From positions 5,191 to 69,190 of the forward strand of contig JAWLEB010000014.1 in NCBI GenBank assembly GCA_041686375.1: a stretch of 64,000 nucleotides of DNA, in the 5' to 3' direction. This document shows, piece by piece, positions 1-10,956 of this stretch (positions are counted from its first letter, which is position 1; every line of letters begins with the position of its first letter). The notes under the pieces are model-generated. The model ran no database searches and was not told the origin of the DNA. It saw only the letters and a program-made list of their open reading frames with translations. This DNA is from Bacteroidales bacterium. Lineage in GTDB: Bacteria; Bacteroidota; Bacteroidia; Bacteroidales; UBA12077. The translations under genes and the position numbers were made by a program.

Positions 1-648
1 TTTGTCAGGATAATCTCTGCCATATAATCTCACGTGATCACGCTGCCAAAAATGTTTTTCTCTTTCTTTTGGACCTGTAATATTAGGGTCTTCGTAAGTT
101 TTTTCTCTGTTTCTATCTATTGGCACTTGAAAGATTCCCCAACCACCGGGTTTCATAACTCTGTAAAACTCTTTCATCACTATAAGATCATTTTCAACGT
201 GCTCTAAAAGATGATTTGCAAAAATCACATCAAAGCTGTTCGTTTCAAAAGGAATTTTATGAACATCCATTTTTATGTCAGCCCAAGGGGAGTTCAAATC
301 ACCTGTTATATATTCTATATTCTTAATTTTTTTAAACTTCTTTAGAAAACAGTACTCCGGAGCTATATGCAAAACCCTCAAATTGGTGGTGAAAAAATTC
401 GTCTTCTCCTTAAGATATAAGTAAAAGGCCCGATGCCTCTCAAGGGACATTGAGTCTGGAGCTAAAGCATTCTTACGTGGATTGCCTCTTCCGTATGGCA
501 ATAACTTGCGATATTGAATTCCGGTAATGGGATCTTCATATTTAGTTCCTCTATAAAAAGGAGACAAAATGATTAAAAAAAAATGAGCTACATGCTGTAA
601 ATAATGTCTCGGAATAAATTTTAAGGCAAATTTGATCAAATGTTGCAT
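1..648 (-). CDS. class I SAM-dependent methyltransferase (3' end cut by window edge)
   Basis: Not in the ORF track because it runs off the edge. Own minus-strand translation from ATG at 648: MQHLIKFALKFIPRHYLQ...NSFDVIFANHLLEHVENDLIVMKEFYRVMKPGGWGIFQVP. Layout is Methyltransf_11-like. Confidence 0.6.
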   Translation of the reverse strand, partial: MQHLIKFALKFIPRHYLQHVAHFFLIILSPFYRGTKYEDPITGIQYRKLLPYGRGNPRKNALAPDSMSLERHRAFYLYLKEKTNFFTTNLRVLHIAPEYCFLKKFKKIKNIEYITGDLNSPWADIKMDVHKIPFETNSFDVIFANHLLEHVENDLIVMKEFYRVMKPGGWGIFQVPIDRNREKTYEDPNITGPKEREKHFWQRDHVRLYGRDYPDK

Positions 649-767
649 CTGCTTGTTGGTTTTAAGTTTTGAATCCGCTTTTCAAATCCCAAAGATAAAA
701 AAGTCCTTTAGTTATCTCTTATCGGAAAAAGCAAAAGTTCAATTCATTCTTTACTTTTTGGATTTGA

Positions 768-1378
768 TATAAAATTTCCGGACAGTCATACAACGTATCA
801 GAAGGTGAAGAACAGCTACTCAATGACGAAGAAGGTCTTGTTATTATTATACGAAACTCCTTCGCGGGTGAGTTAAGAAATGATAACCAGGTTGATCTTC
901 AGCTTTTAATTAATGCAATCAAAGACAAAGCCGCGGGTTTGATGAATGCTTATTCAAGTGCAATGATTTCTGATTTCAATCTTGAACTTGTAAGCGACCT
1001 AAGCTATTTGCATTCCACGGGTAGTGTTAAGCCGGTGGAAAAGGTATATTCATATTGGTATAACCCTGAAATGGATTATAAAATATACATGGTTCCCGGC
1101 ATTTCAGTCATCCTGGGCTTTGGATTACTTTTCCCGGTAATCAGCGACTCCCAGCAACAGGTGATTTTTGTAGTTTTTTATGCTGGTTTTCATTTTAATA
1201 AGTGGCATTTTCACTCCAATTGAAAGCATGCCGGAAGGTAAGCATAATCAACCCAATGGCATATTTTATGCGTGTAATTCGGATGATTTTGCTAAAAGGG
1301 TCGGGTTTCACAGATATTTTGCCTGAATTTATAAGTTTATTTGTTTATGTTTTAATAAGTCTGAGCTTTGCGGTATAG
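768..1378 (+). pseudogene. decayed ABC-2 type transporter permease fragment
   Basis: Frame 0 (768-1223) reads ...IIIRNSFAGELRNDNQVDLQLLINAIKDKAAGLMNAYSS...WYNPEMDYKIYMVPGI, then degenerates. The continuation SGIFTPIESMPE (from 1201) and INPMAYFMRVIRMILLKGSGFTDILPEFISLFVYVLISLSFAV* (1247-1378) lie in the other two frames. There is no N-terminal TM1 and no ATPase partner. Confidence 0.6.
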
Positions 1379-1536
1379 AAATACCGGGAAGTAACATAAA
1401 ATATTAAGGCAGGATGTAGGACTATTAAAAATGGAAAGCGATTTCCTTATTTAACCCTAAAATAATATTCTTTCATCTGATTTTTTATTATATTTATCTC
1501 AAAGCAATCTAATAATTTGTAATTTTATAATGTGAT

Positions 1537-1691
1537 CCTCATCCACTAACGTAAACAAAAGTATATGCATGAACCATTCCTGTCGGTACAAAATGCATGC
1601 GGGTTCCATGGTTGTTAGATTCAAAAAATTGTTGATACATGTAACACTAAGTCTTAGATAATGAAACTAATAATCTAACTTTATTACCAAA
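1537..1691 (+). repeat. interspersed repeat family A, copy A1 (diverged, internal insertion, terminal ATG mutated to ATT)
   Basis: cctcatccactaacgtaaacaaaagtatatgcat...gggttccatgg...taagtcttagataatgaaactaataatctaactttattaccaaatt aligns to copies A2-A5. Confidence 0.75.
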
Positions 1692-1763
1692 TTAATATTT
1701 CATTTTAAATAAGTATGATGTTATATATTATTTTTGTATGAATTGTATTTTTCCTGAAAAATT

Positions 1764-4292
1764 ATGAAAAAGAAATATTTAAACATACTGTTTATCCCTT
1801 TTTTTATTATTTTATTTGATGGTTGCGACAAAGAACAGAACCTTCAATCCGGACTGAGCGAGAATGACCCATGGGGAATGCCTTTGAGACGAAGGGAAAA
1901 CGAATTGTTTTCAGGGAATAAAGTCTATAATCCATCTTTTGAGCAAGGACGGTTTTTCAGAGACCATTTGAATACCTTTGAGATAGACGGCTGGAAAGAA
2001 ATTACACAAAAAGGCGATGAAGTAGAATGGGTTGATGTATCACGTGATAAATATTCACGGCAGGATGTGTTTTTTGGCAACCGGGCGGTAAAGATAACAC
2101 GGAGAAATGTCCATGAAACCGAAGAACAAGGGGCGGGTCTTATCAGCGATTATATAAAGGTTATACCGGGGAATTATTCTTTAAAGTATTATATAAGGTT
2201 AAAAAACATCCGCTCTCACAAAAGTCGCTTTGGAAGCCGACTGATGGATGCAATTCATATAAGGATACATTATTATGATAAGAATAAAATTGAAATAAGC
2301 AACGACATGGTAAGCCCTGTTGATGGGACCAAATTTGACAATGGCTTTAAATCTTTTCAGTTCAGTGGTTTTTGGAAAATAGATTCGTTGGATTGGACAC
2401 ATGCAAGGGGAATTTCACACAAACATCCTTTTTTTAATGGTAATATACCCGAAGAAACCAGATATGTTAAGCTATTTTTTGGTTTGAAAGGGCAGGGTTC
2501 CATGTGGATAGACAATGTTTCATTAAACTATACAAAACATAATTTCACTTTAGATGAGAGACTGAGTCAATTTACTAAAAAAAAATACAAGCCAACGGAT
2601 TTAGTCATACCCAAACCACAAAAAATTGAACCCGGAGAATCTGTTTCTTTCTATAATCCGGTTAATCCGAATAATAAACCTGCCATAGTGCTCCCTGATA
2701 ACCCGGATGAAGTGACATTGAGTGCTGCAGAAAGATTAAAGAAGAAACTTCAGCAGTTAATTACCAGTGCAGGAGAAACGAATAATGTTAATATCTCTGT
2801 TTTAACGGATGATAAAGCCCTAAATCCTGATGAATATTCCTTAGTCTTTGCAATAGGTAACAATGCTCTAACCAGAAAACACACTACAACGCAAAAAAAA
2901 ACCATAGCAAAGAATCATCCCCAGGGATACTTCATTACCAGGCAAAATGATAACTCAAATGTCATTATTCTGAAAGGCACCAACCCAATCGGGAATCTTT
3001 ATGCGGTAAACACTATTAATCAGCTCCTAGCAGACTCAAATCTTGTTTATCATCATGCCGAAATTGAAGATTTCCCAGACTACCAGAACCGTGTCTTGGT
3101 AACCAATATGAACACCACAAAACAGTCCGGTCAACTTGAATTGTTTGAATCTTTAAAGTTTAATCATCTATTTTGGGATGTGGATTTAACAAACCTTACC
3201 CAAACGACTTTGAGTAATACATTAGAGAAAATTCAGGAGCAGCAAGGCAGGAAAGAATTAACAACAATTAAACAAGGCATTGCCGTTAACCCTTACAAGC
3301 CAATTATAGGAGACAGCAAGGAACTTTCGGTGGTCACTGATAAATATGATTATAGCCGATTGGAACAGTTCATTAAGGAGGCATCAGATAAAAATTTTGA
3401 TGATATAATAATACACCTGGAAAACCAGGCAGACAGCTCTGGATATACTGAAGAATGTTTTGAGTTTTCTGATATTTTGGAGAACACCAGCTCATACAAG
3501 AGTTTATGTGATATTCATGCAGACTTGATAAACCAAGTAAATGAATGGAATCCTTCGTCAAAAATTTACTTTCTGCCTGCGTGGAATAGCACGGATTGTA
3601 TTATAAAAAGTAATGGGAGAGGAGAATTTTATGTAAACGAACTCTTCAGAAAAGTGTCACCTGATATTGCTTTTCTATGGAGGGGAGCTACAAAAACACC
3701 GAGGGTTATAGATAATATTGAAGTCTACCATATCGAAAAGATCAGTGGCAAAGAACCGGTCTTTTATTGTAATGATATCCATCCGGTTTCACAAACAAGC
3801 AAATCTAACCAATTGACTAATAACCCTCAAAACCTCCAGGTTCACAGCATTTTTCAAAATTTTGAATTGGTTTTGCCGGATAATTTTTTTAATACTTCTC
3901 AATATGGAACTTTTTTGACTCGACTTGATGGCACAGAGGGAACAATTCTAAACCAGATAAAACTGGCTACGCTCGCTAACTACTTATGGAATACCGATGA
4001 ATTTGATTCGGATAAAGCGTTATATATAGCTTTAGTTGCATATTTTGGTAAAGAAGGAGCCCTTAAGCTGATTGAATTTAATCAATTATATATGAATTTA
4101 TCAGAAATTTGTCTGAGAATGAGAGAGGAAGGACCCAGAAGAAAAGATACCAAAATTGCTGAACAGTATTTTAACAGGCTCGACGATTTGATGAAGGAAA
4201 TCAAAACTACCTTTGAAAACAACAAATTAAAAACTGAATTAAGTCAACTAAAAAACAGTTTGTATAAAGCATATAATCAAAATGTTAAATAA
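1764..4292 (+). CDS. putative glycoside hydrolase lipoprotein (N-terminal CBM-like region, GH20b/GH84-N-like domain, divergent catalytic part)
   Basis: Lipobox (LFDGC). IPKPQKIE...YFITRQ..VIILKGTNPIGNLYAVNTINQLL...IEDFPDYQNR resembles the GH20b-type N-domain. An FDDI motif (NFDDIIIHL) is reminiscent of GH84. Family assignment is tentative. Confidence 0.4.
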   Translation: MKKKYLNILFIPFFIILFDGCDKEQNLQSGLSENDPWGMPLRRRENELFSGNKVYNPSFEQGRFFRDHLNTFEIDGWKEITQKGDEVEWVDVSRDKYSRQDVFFGNRAVKITRRNVHETEEQGAGLISDYIKVIPGNYSLKYYIRLKNIRSHKSRFGSRLMDAIHIRIHYYDKNKIEISNDMVSPVDGTKFDNGFKSFQFSGFWKIDSLDWTHARGISHKHPFFNGNIPEETRYVKLFFGLKGQGSMWIDNVSLNYTKHNFTLDERLSQFTKKKYKPTDLVIPKPQKIEPGESVSFYNPVNPNNKPAIVLPDNPDEVTLSAAERLKKKLQQLITSAGETNNVNISVLTDDKALNPDEYSLVFAIGNNALTRKHTTTQKKTIAKNHPQGYFITRQNDNSNVIILKGTNPIGNLYAVNTINQLLADSNLVYHHAEIEDFPDYQNRVLVTNMNTTKQSGQLELFESLKFNHLFWDVDLTNLTQTTLSNTLEKIQEQQGRKELTTIKQGIAVNPYKPIIGDSKELSVVTDKYDYSRLEQFIKEASDKNFDDIIIHLENQADSSGYTEECFEFSDILENTSSYKSLCDIHADLINQVNEWNPSSKIYFLPAWNSTDCIIKSNGRGEFYVNELFRKVSPDIAFLWRGATKTPRVIDNIEVYHIEKISGKEPVFYCNDIHPVSQTSKSNQLTNNPQNLQVHSIFQNFELVLPDNFFNTSQYGTFLTRLDGTEGTILNQIKLATLANYLWNTDEFDSDKALYIALVAYFGKEGALKLIEFNQLYMNLSEICLRMREEGPRRKDTKIAEQYFNRLDDLMKEIKTTFENNKLKTELSQLKNSLYKAYNQNVK

Positions 4293-4375
4293 ATTGTGTA
4301 AAAAGGTTTATCAGATGTCAATGTTAGATATAAAATAATTTTTAGTTTTACACTTTATTTTAGGAAAGAATAATT

Positions 4376-5800
4376 ATGAAGGAAGAATATAACAACTTAT
4401 TTAATGAGAATCATTTTGATGAATTGATTGGTCGTTATGAAGAGATGATAAGATCAGGACGCACTTATTATTTTGATGTGGAGGATTTTGAGTATATACT
4501 TGATTATTACGTTGATACCGATCAGTATGGAAAAGCGTTGAGAGCTGTTAAGTATGGGCTTAAAATACATCCGCAGGCTATATCTTTGATGATTAAAAAG
4601 GCTCATGTTTTGCTAAAAAATGAATTTCCCCGGAAAGCTTTGACTACGCTTAATAATATAGGATCAGTAGACCTATTGAATAATGAAATTTTTATGGCCA
4701 GAGGCCACGCAAATGTGATGCTGGGCAACAGTAGTCAGGCTAAAATAGAATATAATAAAGCATTAAAATTGGTATCCAATAAAGAAGAGGCAGTTGAGCT
4801 AATGCAAAATATAGCTCAAACCTTCGAAATAATATATGATTACAAACAGGCGCTTCCTTATTTGTTAAAAGCATACAAGTTGGACAATGAAAATGTGTTT
4901 GTGCTTCAGGATCTTGCACATTGCTATGAAAAACTTGGAAAACACGAATTTGCCCTGAAATATTATCATTATTATATTGATATGGATCCATTTTCAGAAG
5001 AAATTTGGAATTCAATAGGCAGAACATATAAGGAATTGGGAAATATAGAAAAAGCTATTAATGCTTTTGAATATGCTAATGCTATTAGACCTGATTCTTA
5101 TGATTCTATATTTGAGCTTGCTATTTTATACCAGGATCGTCGTGAATATAATAAAGCTATAAAATACTATAATGAATACCTGGAAGCCACAGAGGAAGAA
5201 TCAGCAGAAATTATTTTGAGCATTGGATATTGTTATAATGCTTTGAATGAACATAAAAAGGCTTTGGAATACTACCACAAAGCATTGGAGCATAATCACC
5301 ATAATCCGGAAATATACCATGAAATATCAAATATATATTTTGAACAAAGTAATTACTGGGATGCTCTGTTTTATGCAAAACGAGCTACAATAATTGATGA
5401 AGAGACTGATTATTATTTCATTTCCTATGGCCAAATAGCTTCCCTGCTGAAATTAAAAAGTGAAGCTATCATTGCTTTTGAAAAGGCAGTCGAGCTAAAT
5501 CCAAAAGTCTATAATAATTGGATTTTGCTTATTGATGAATTGATAAGGCATGGATATATTTATCGTACAATTGCTACATTAGAAGAAGCCATTGCAAATG
5601 ATTTCCGCAATTCTGAAATTTACTTTCGTATTGCAGCATTTTTATATAAAGACAGAGAATACATTAAATCCCTTAAATATTTTAAGCGAGGTATGAAAGA
5701 TAATCCTGACAATAGAACCATCTTTTTTGAGATTTGTCCGGAAGCAAAAAAATCTAAAGCAATTAAACAATCTATTAAAGGCTGGATAGAAAATTTTTGA
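4376..5800 (+). CDS. tetratricopeptide (TPR) repeat protein
   Basis: Repeated A..Y..AL...P-type 34-aa helical repeats through most of the 474 aa. Confidence 0.7.
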   Translation: MKEEYNNLFNENHFDELIGRYEEMIRSGRTYYFDVEDFEYILDYYVDTDQYGKALRAVKYGLKIHPQAISLMIKKAHVLLKNEFPRKALTTLNNIGSVDLLNNEIFMARGHANVMLGNSSQAKIEYNKALKLVSNKEEAVELMQNIAQTFEIIYDYKQALPYLLKAYKLDNENVFVLQDLAHCYEKLGKHEFALKYYHYYIDMDPFSEEIWNSIGRTYKELGNIEKAINAFEYANAIRPDSYDSIFELAILYQDRREYNKAIKYYNEYLEATEEESAEIILSIGYCYNALNEHKKALEYYHKALEHNHHNPEIYHEISNIYFEQSNYWDALFYAKRATIIDEETDYYFISYGQIASLLKLKSEAIIAFEKAVELNPKVYNNWILLIDELIRHGYIYRTIATLEEAIANDFRNSEIYFRIAAFLYKDREYIKSLKYFKRGMKDNPDNRTIFFEICPEAKKSKAIKQSIKGWIENF

Positions 5801-5846
5801 ACTCCCTTATAAAAATCCAGTAAAGCGATAAAATACCTCAACCTTT

Positions 5847-6791
5847 ATGCCCAAAAGAACATTACCAAATTATCTGACCTTAATAATCAAAGGATTGAGC
5901 ATGGGAGCAGCAGATGTTGTGCCTGGAGTTTCAGGCGGCACCATTGCTTTTATTACCGGCATATATGAAGAGCTTGTATTTTCCTTAAAGTCTGTGAATG
6001 CAGATGCCTTCAAAAAAATTTTTAAAAACGGCCTTTATGCGTTTTGGCAAACTGTCAATGGTAATTTTTTATTCTCCGTTTTTTTGGGGGTACTAATTAG
6101 TGTATTTTCACTGGCCAGACTGCTAGAGTATCTATTGAATAGTTATCCCATATTTGTATGGTCGTTTTTTTTCGGCTTAATAATAGCTTCCGCTATTTAC
6201 ATTTCTGGCAAAATAAAACACTGGAATCTTATACGAATTCTGGGTTTATTAATGGGCATTGCAATAGCTTATTTGGTGACTCAATTATCACCTGCCCAAA
6301 CAACAGAAGCCTATTGGTTTGTCTTCCTTTCAGGCGCGCTGGCAGTTTGTGCAATGATTTTACCGGGCATTTCAGGGGCATTTATACTTCTACTGCTCGG
6401 AAAATATCAATTTATTCTTGGCGCTATTGGAGATCTGAATGTATTGATTTTATTAATTTTTCTAATGGGCGCCATTGTTGGACTGATAAGTTTTTCCAAT
6501 ATGCTATCCTGGTTTCTGAAAAAATATCATGATACAACAGTAGCTGTTCTTGCAGGATTTATGATTGGCTCATTGAATAAAGTCTGGCCCTGGAAAAAAA
6601 CTACGGAAAGTTTTGTGGACAGGCATGGAGAAATTCAACCCCTGGTTGAAAAAAATATTTTACCATCTGCTTATGAAACTATTTACGAAGCCAATTCATA
6701 TTTTATTTATGCCATAATAGCTGCTTTTATAGGATTTATGCTTATTTTTTCAATAGAATATATTATGAAAAAGACGTGGAAAAAAGAGTGA
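5847..6791 (+). CDS. DUF368 family polytopic membrane protein (family reported as polyprenyl-phosphate translocase, PopT-like)
   Basis: MGAADVVPGVSGGTIAFITGIYEEL, a second PGISGAFILLLLGKY half-repeat, and multiple TM segments. Confidence 0.8.
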   Translation: MPKRTLPNYLTLIIKGLSMGAADVVPGVSGGTIAFITGIYEELVFSLKSVNADAFKKIFKNGLYAFWQTVNGNFLFSVFLGVLISVFSLARLLEYLLNSYPIFVWSFFFGLIIASAIYISGKIKHWNLIRILGLLMGIAIAYLVTQLSPAQTTEAYWFVFLSGALAVCAMILPGISGAFILLLLGKYQFILGAIGDLNVLILLIFLMGAIVGLISFSNMLSWFLKKYHDTTVAVLAGFMIGSLNKVWPWKKTTESFVDRHGEIQPLVEKNILPSAYETIYEANSYFIYAIIAAFIGFMLIFSIEYIMKKTWKKE

Positions 6792-6878
6792 TTTGAGCAG
6801 ACCGTTTTTAAACGAAAAGGTGTTTGGCTTATGAATTATTAATTTTCCAGTAATTTCAAACCGGATAAATCAGCACAC

Positions 6879-7640
6879 ATGCAGCTATATGGTTTAATAG
6901 GATATCAGTTGACACATTCATTTTCCCCTGATTATTTCAATGAGAAGTTCAAAAAGGAAAATATAGATGCCCTGTATAAGACTTTTCCTATAAAAAAACT
7001 GTCAGAACTTTACACGATTATAGATAAAAACCCTGACCTCCAGGGCCTCAATGTGACGATTCCCTATAAAGAAAGCATTATTCCTTACCTTGATTTTATT
7101 GATGAAGAAGCCAAAAAAATCCATGCTGTTAATACTGTGGTGATTAAACGAGAGCACAGCCAAATTTTGTTAAGGGGCTATAATACAGATATATATGGTT
7201 TTAAACATTCTATTTTGCCTTTTATTACACAACAAAAAAATCGCGTAGCTTTGATACTTGGGACCGGTGGAACTGCAAAAACAGTGGAATATGTGCTTAC
7301 CACACTGGACTTTGAAATATATAAAGCTACGCGTTCTCAAAGTCAGAAAAATCAAAAAATTTTGAATTACAATGACCTGTCCCGAGAACTAATTCAACAA
7401 ACAAAACTCATTGTTAATACAAGTCCGGTAGGAATGTATCCGCACATAGAAGAAAAACCGGCAATACCCTATGAAGAGATTGACAGCGAGCATCTTCTGT
7501 TTGATGTGGTTTATAATCCTTCAGAAACTTTGTTCCTCAAGGAAGGGGAAAAACGGGGAGCTTTGACAAAAAATGGCTATGAAATGCTTATTCTGCAAGC
7601 ACAAAAAGCTTGGGATTTATGGAATGCTAAAAATATATAA
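6879..7640 (+). CDS. aroE: shikimate dehydrogenase
   Basis: GLIGYQLTHSFSP, NVTIPYK, AVNTVV, GTGGTAKTV. Confidence 0.9.
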   Translation: MQLYGLIGYQLTHSFSPDYFNEKFKKENIDALYKTFPIKKLSELYTIIDKNPDLQGLNVTIPYKESIIPYLDFIDEEAKKIHAVNTVVIKREHSQILLRGYNTDIYGFKHSILPFITQQKNRVALILGTGGTAKTVEYVLTTLDFEIYKATRSQSQKNQKILNYNDLSRELIQQTKLIVNTSPVGMYPHIEEKPAIPYEEIDSEHLLFDVVYNPSETLFLKEGEKRGALTKNGYEMLILQAQKAWDLWNAKNI

Positions 7641-7769
7641 TTTTCTTTTTAAGTTTCCGGTTAATTTATCCACAAAATCCTGACATATTTCATCTTTTAT
7701 GTTCTTAAAAATGAACATTTTTGACTATCTTTATGGTCGAAATGTTAAATTATAAACAATTGATATACA

Positions 7770-8774
7770 ATGGATTTGATAAAGCAAATACACGAAAGCG
7801 CAAAAAATTTGAACAAAAAAATTGTCCTACCGGAATCAACTGAAGAACGAACTCTTAAAGCTGCAAATATTCTTATAGAAAAAAGTATTGTAGAAGTTAT
7901 TCTCCTTGGCACCCCAGATGACATTAAACAAAAAGGTAAAGAATTGGGCTTAAGCCAGATTTCTAAGGCTCATATAATAGATCCTAAAAACCATGAGAAA
8001 AAACAAACCTATCTTGATCTCCTGGTGGAATTAAGAAAACATAAAGGCCTTACTAAAGAGGAAGCAGCTAAGTTGGTTGAAGATCCGCTTTATCTTTCTA
8101 CCTTAATGATAAAAAACGGAGATGCAGATGGAGAAGTAGCTGGTGCGGAAAATGCAACAGGAGATGTATTGAGACCAGCATTTCAGATTGTTAAAACGAA
8201 GCCCGGAATTAATGTGGTGTCAGGAGCATTTTTTATGACATTGCAAGATAAAAATTTTGGTGAAAACGGACTTATTGTTTTTGCAGACGGAGCAGTCCAC
8301 CCTAATCCTACAGCCAATGAACTGGCAGAAATAGCTATTTCTACCGCCGATACAACAAAAGCAATAGCCGGATTTGAACCTAAAGTTGCCATGTTAAGTT
8401 TTTCTACCAAAGGAAGTGCTAAACATGAGATGGTTGATAAGGTAGTAGAAGCCACAAAAATCGCCAGGGAAAAAAGACCAGATCTTAAAATTGATGGAGA
8501 ATTGCAAGCAGATGCTGCAATTATTGAATCAATAGGTAAGAAAAAAGCTCCGCACAGTGAAATTGCCGGACAGGCAAATGTTCTCATTTTTCCAAGTTTG
8601 GATACCGGAAATGTTGCTTATAAACTTGTTCAGCGTTTGGCACATGCTGAAGCAACTGGTCCTGTTTTACAAGGTCTGGCAGCACCTATTAATGATTTGT
8701 CCCGCGGATGCAGCGTGGAGGATATAGTTAATCTAGTAGCTATTACAGCAAACCTGGCGGAAAATGAAAAATAA
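7770..8774 (+). CDS. pta: phosphate acetyltransferase
   Basis: VLPESTEERTLKAA, SRGCSVEDIVN. PTA_PTB fold length (334 aa). Directly upstream of ackA. Confidence 0.9.
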   Translation: MDLIKQIHESAKNLNKKIVLPESTEERTLKAANILIEKSIVEVILLGTPDDIKQKGKELGLSQISKAHIIDPKNHEKKQTYLDLLVELRKHKGLTKEEAAKLVEDPLYLSTLMIKNGDADGEVAGAENATGDVLRPAFQIVKTKPGINVVSGAFFMTLQDKNFGENGLIVFADGAVHPNPTANELAEIAISTADTTKAIAGFEPKVAMLSFSTKGSAKHEMVDKVVEATKIAREKRPDLKIDGELQADAAIIESIGKKKAPHSEIAGQANVLIFPSLDTGNVAYKLVQRLAHAEATGPVLQGLAAPINDLSRGCSVEDIVNLVAITANLAENEK

Positions 8775-8809
8775 TTGTGAAATACTAAAACATTAAATAT
8801 ATAACGAAT

Positions 8810-10009
8810 ATGAAAGTACTAGTTCTAAATTGCGGCAGCTCGTCAATTAAATTTAAATTGTTTAATATGGAAACATCTACAGTTCTGACTAAAGGAGTTG
8901 TAGAAAAAATAGGGTTAAAATCGTCTTTCCTTAAGTTAGAATTGAATGGTGATAAAAAAAAGATAGATATTGATGTCCCTGAACATACAAAAGGTATCGA
9001 AGATATTCTGAATATTCTTGTTAGTAAAGAACATGGTGCTATAAGCAGTATGAAGGAAATTGATGCAGTTGGACACAGAGTTGCTCATGGTGGAGAAAAA
9101 TTTAGCCACAGTGCACTTATTACCGACGAAGTAATTAAGGAAATTGAAGGAGTTAGTGATTTGGCTCCCCTTCATAATCCCAATAACCTGAAAGGTATCT
9201 ATGCTATTCAAAAATTACTCCCCCAAGCACCCCAGGTTGCTGTTTTTGATACTGCATTTCATCAAACCATGCCAGATTATGCTTACATGTATGGCTTACC
9301 ATATGATATGTACACAAAATATGGTGTAAGAAGATATGGTTTCCATGGTACAAGTCATCGTTATGTGGCAGAAAAAGCTTGTGAAAAGCTTAATGTCAGT
9401 ATGAAGGATAAAAAGATAATAACCTGCCACTTAGGAAATGGAGCGTCGATAGCTGCAATTAATAAAGGAAGTTCAATAGATACTTCCATGGGTTTGACAC
9501 CTGTTGAAGGACTAATCATGGGAACCAGAACAGGTGATCTGGATCTTGGTGCATTTATCTTCGTAATGGAAAAAGAAGATATGACATTGAATACCGCCAA
9601 AAGCCTAATTAACAAGCACAGTGGAATGTACGGTATAACAGGCATCTCCCCGGATATGAGAGAAATTCGGGAAAAAGCTGCAAAAGGTAATAACCGGGCT
9701 ATGCTGGGCTTGAATATGTACAATTACCGGGTTAAAAAATATATAGGTTCATATGTTGCTGCCATGAATGGAGTAGATATTATTGTATTTACCGGCGGAA
9801 TAGGAGAAAATGATTGGGAAACACGACGTGATGTATTGAATGGTTTGGAATATCTTGGACTTGAATTTGATGACAAGAAAAATGAAAAGAAAAAAGGTGA
9901 AGAGTTAATATTGACTAAAGAAAATTCTAAAGTTGTTGCAATGGTAACCCCTACGAATGAAGAATTGGTAATTGCACGGGATACAAAGGAAATTATTATT
10001 AATAACTAA
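8810..10009 (+). CDS. ackA: acetate kinase
   Basis: VLVLNCGSSSIKF, HRVAHGGE, FHGTSH, CHLGNGASI, GGIGEN. Confidence 0.95.
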   Translation: MKVLVLNCGSSSIKFKLFNMETSTVLTKGVVEKIGLKSSFLKLELNGDKKKIDIDVPEHTKGIEDILNILVSKEHGAISSMKEIDAVGHRVAHGGEKFSHSALITDEVIKEIEGVSDLAPLHNPNNLKGIYAIQKLLPQAPQVAVFDTAFHQTMPDYAYMYGLPYDMYTKYGVRRYGFHGTSHRYVAEKACEKLNVSMKDKKIITCHLGNGASIAAINKGSSIDTSMGLTPVEGLIMGTRTGDLDLGAFIFVMEKEDMTLNTAKSLINKHSGMYGITGISPDMREIREKAAKGNNRAMLGLNMYNYRVKKYIGSYVAAMNGVDIIVFTGGIGENDWETRRDVLNGLEYLGLEFDDKKNEKKKGEELILTKENSKVVAMVTPTNEELVIARDTKEIIINN

Positions 10010-10023
10010 TAAAAACAGGTATT

Positions 10024-10920
10024 ATGATATTAAAGTCCTTAGACGACCTTATTGACATTGCAGCAAAAAAGGAAACAAAAAAACTGGCTGTTGCTGCAGC
10101 TGGGGGACAAGCTGTCTTAAATGCAGTGAAAGATGCAAGTGACAGAGGTATTGTTATCCCCGTGCTTGTTGGAAACAAAGAGAATATTAAACAAATTGCA
10201 AAGGAAATTAAATTTGATATCCAAAATATTGATATATACAACGAAGAAGATTCTACCAAAGCTTCAAAAAAGGCTGTCTCGCTTGTTCGTGAGGGTAAGG
10301 CGGATATATTAATGAAAGGTTTAGTGAGTAGCGCACCTTTACTAAAGGCTGTCTTGGATAAGGAGCAAGGGTTAAGGAAAGGATCTACGCTAAGCCATTT
10401 TGCCTTAGTTGAATCACCATATTATCATAAACTTTTGGGTATTACTGATGCAGCAATGAATATTGCTCCGGAATTTCATGAGAAAGTTGATATACTCAAT
10501 AATGCAGTTGATGTATTTCAAGGATTAGGCAAAACAAATCCGAAAGTAGCGGTCGTGGGACCATTGGAAGTTCTTAATCAAAAAATTGAATCGACCACCC
10601 ACGCAGCAATGCTATCAAAAATGAATGAAAGAGGACAAATTAAAAATTGCCTTGTTGATGGTCCACTTGCTATTGATAATGCTGTGTCAAAAAAGGCTGC
10701 TGAACATAAAGGAATCGAAAGTGAAGTAGCTGGAGATGCTGATATTCTGATGACACCAGAATTGAACAGTGGAAATATTTTATATAAAAGTATCATGTTT
10801 CTGGGTGGAGGCACTTCTGCCGCAGTAGTAATGGGCGCTAAAGTCCCCATAGTATTGACATCCAGGGCTGATACGGAAAGAAGTAAAATGATGTCTATTG
10901 CTTTGGCTGCTGCAATGTAA
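10024..10920 (+). CDS. ptb: phosphate butyryltransferase
   Basis: PTA_PTB-type 298-aa protein (AVAAAGGQAVLNAV..., VLTSRADT) immediately upstream of butyrate kinase. Confidence 0.85.
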   Translation: MILKSLDDLIDIAAKKETKKLAVAAAGGQAVLNAVKDASDRGIVIPVLVGNKENIKQIAKEIKFDIQNIDIYNEEDSTKASKKAVSLVREGKADILMKGLVSSAPLLKAVLDKEQGLRKGSTLSHFALVESPYYHKLLGITDAAMNIAPEFHEKVDILNNAVDVFQGLGKTNPKVAVVGPLEVLNQKIESTTHAAMLSKMNERGQIKNCLVDGPLAIDNAVSKKAAEHKGIESEVAGDADILMTPELNSGNILYKSIMFLGGGTSAAVVMGAKVPIVLTSRADTERSKMMSIALAAAM

Positions 10921-10956
10921 ATTGATTTATATAGCTATATTAAAACAAAAAACTAT

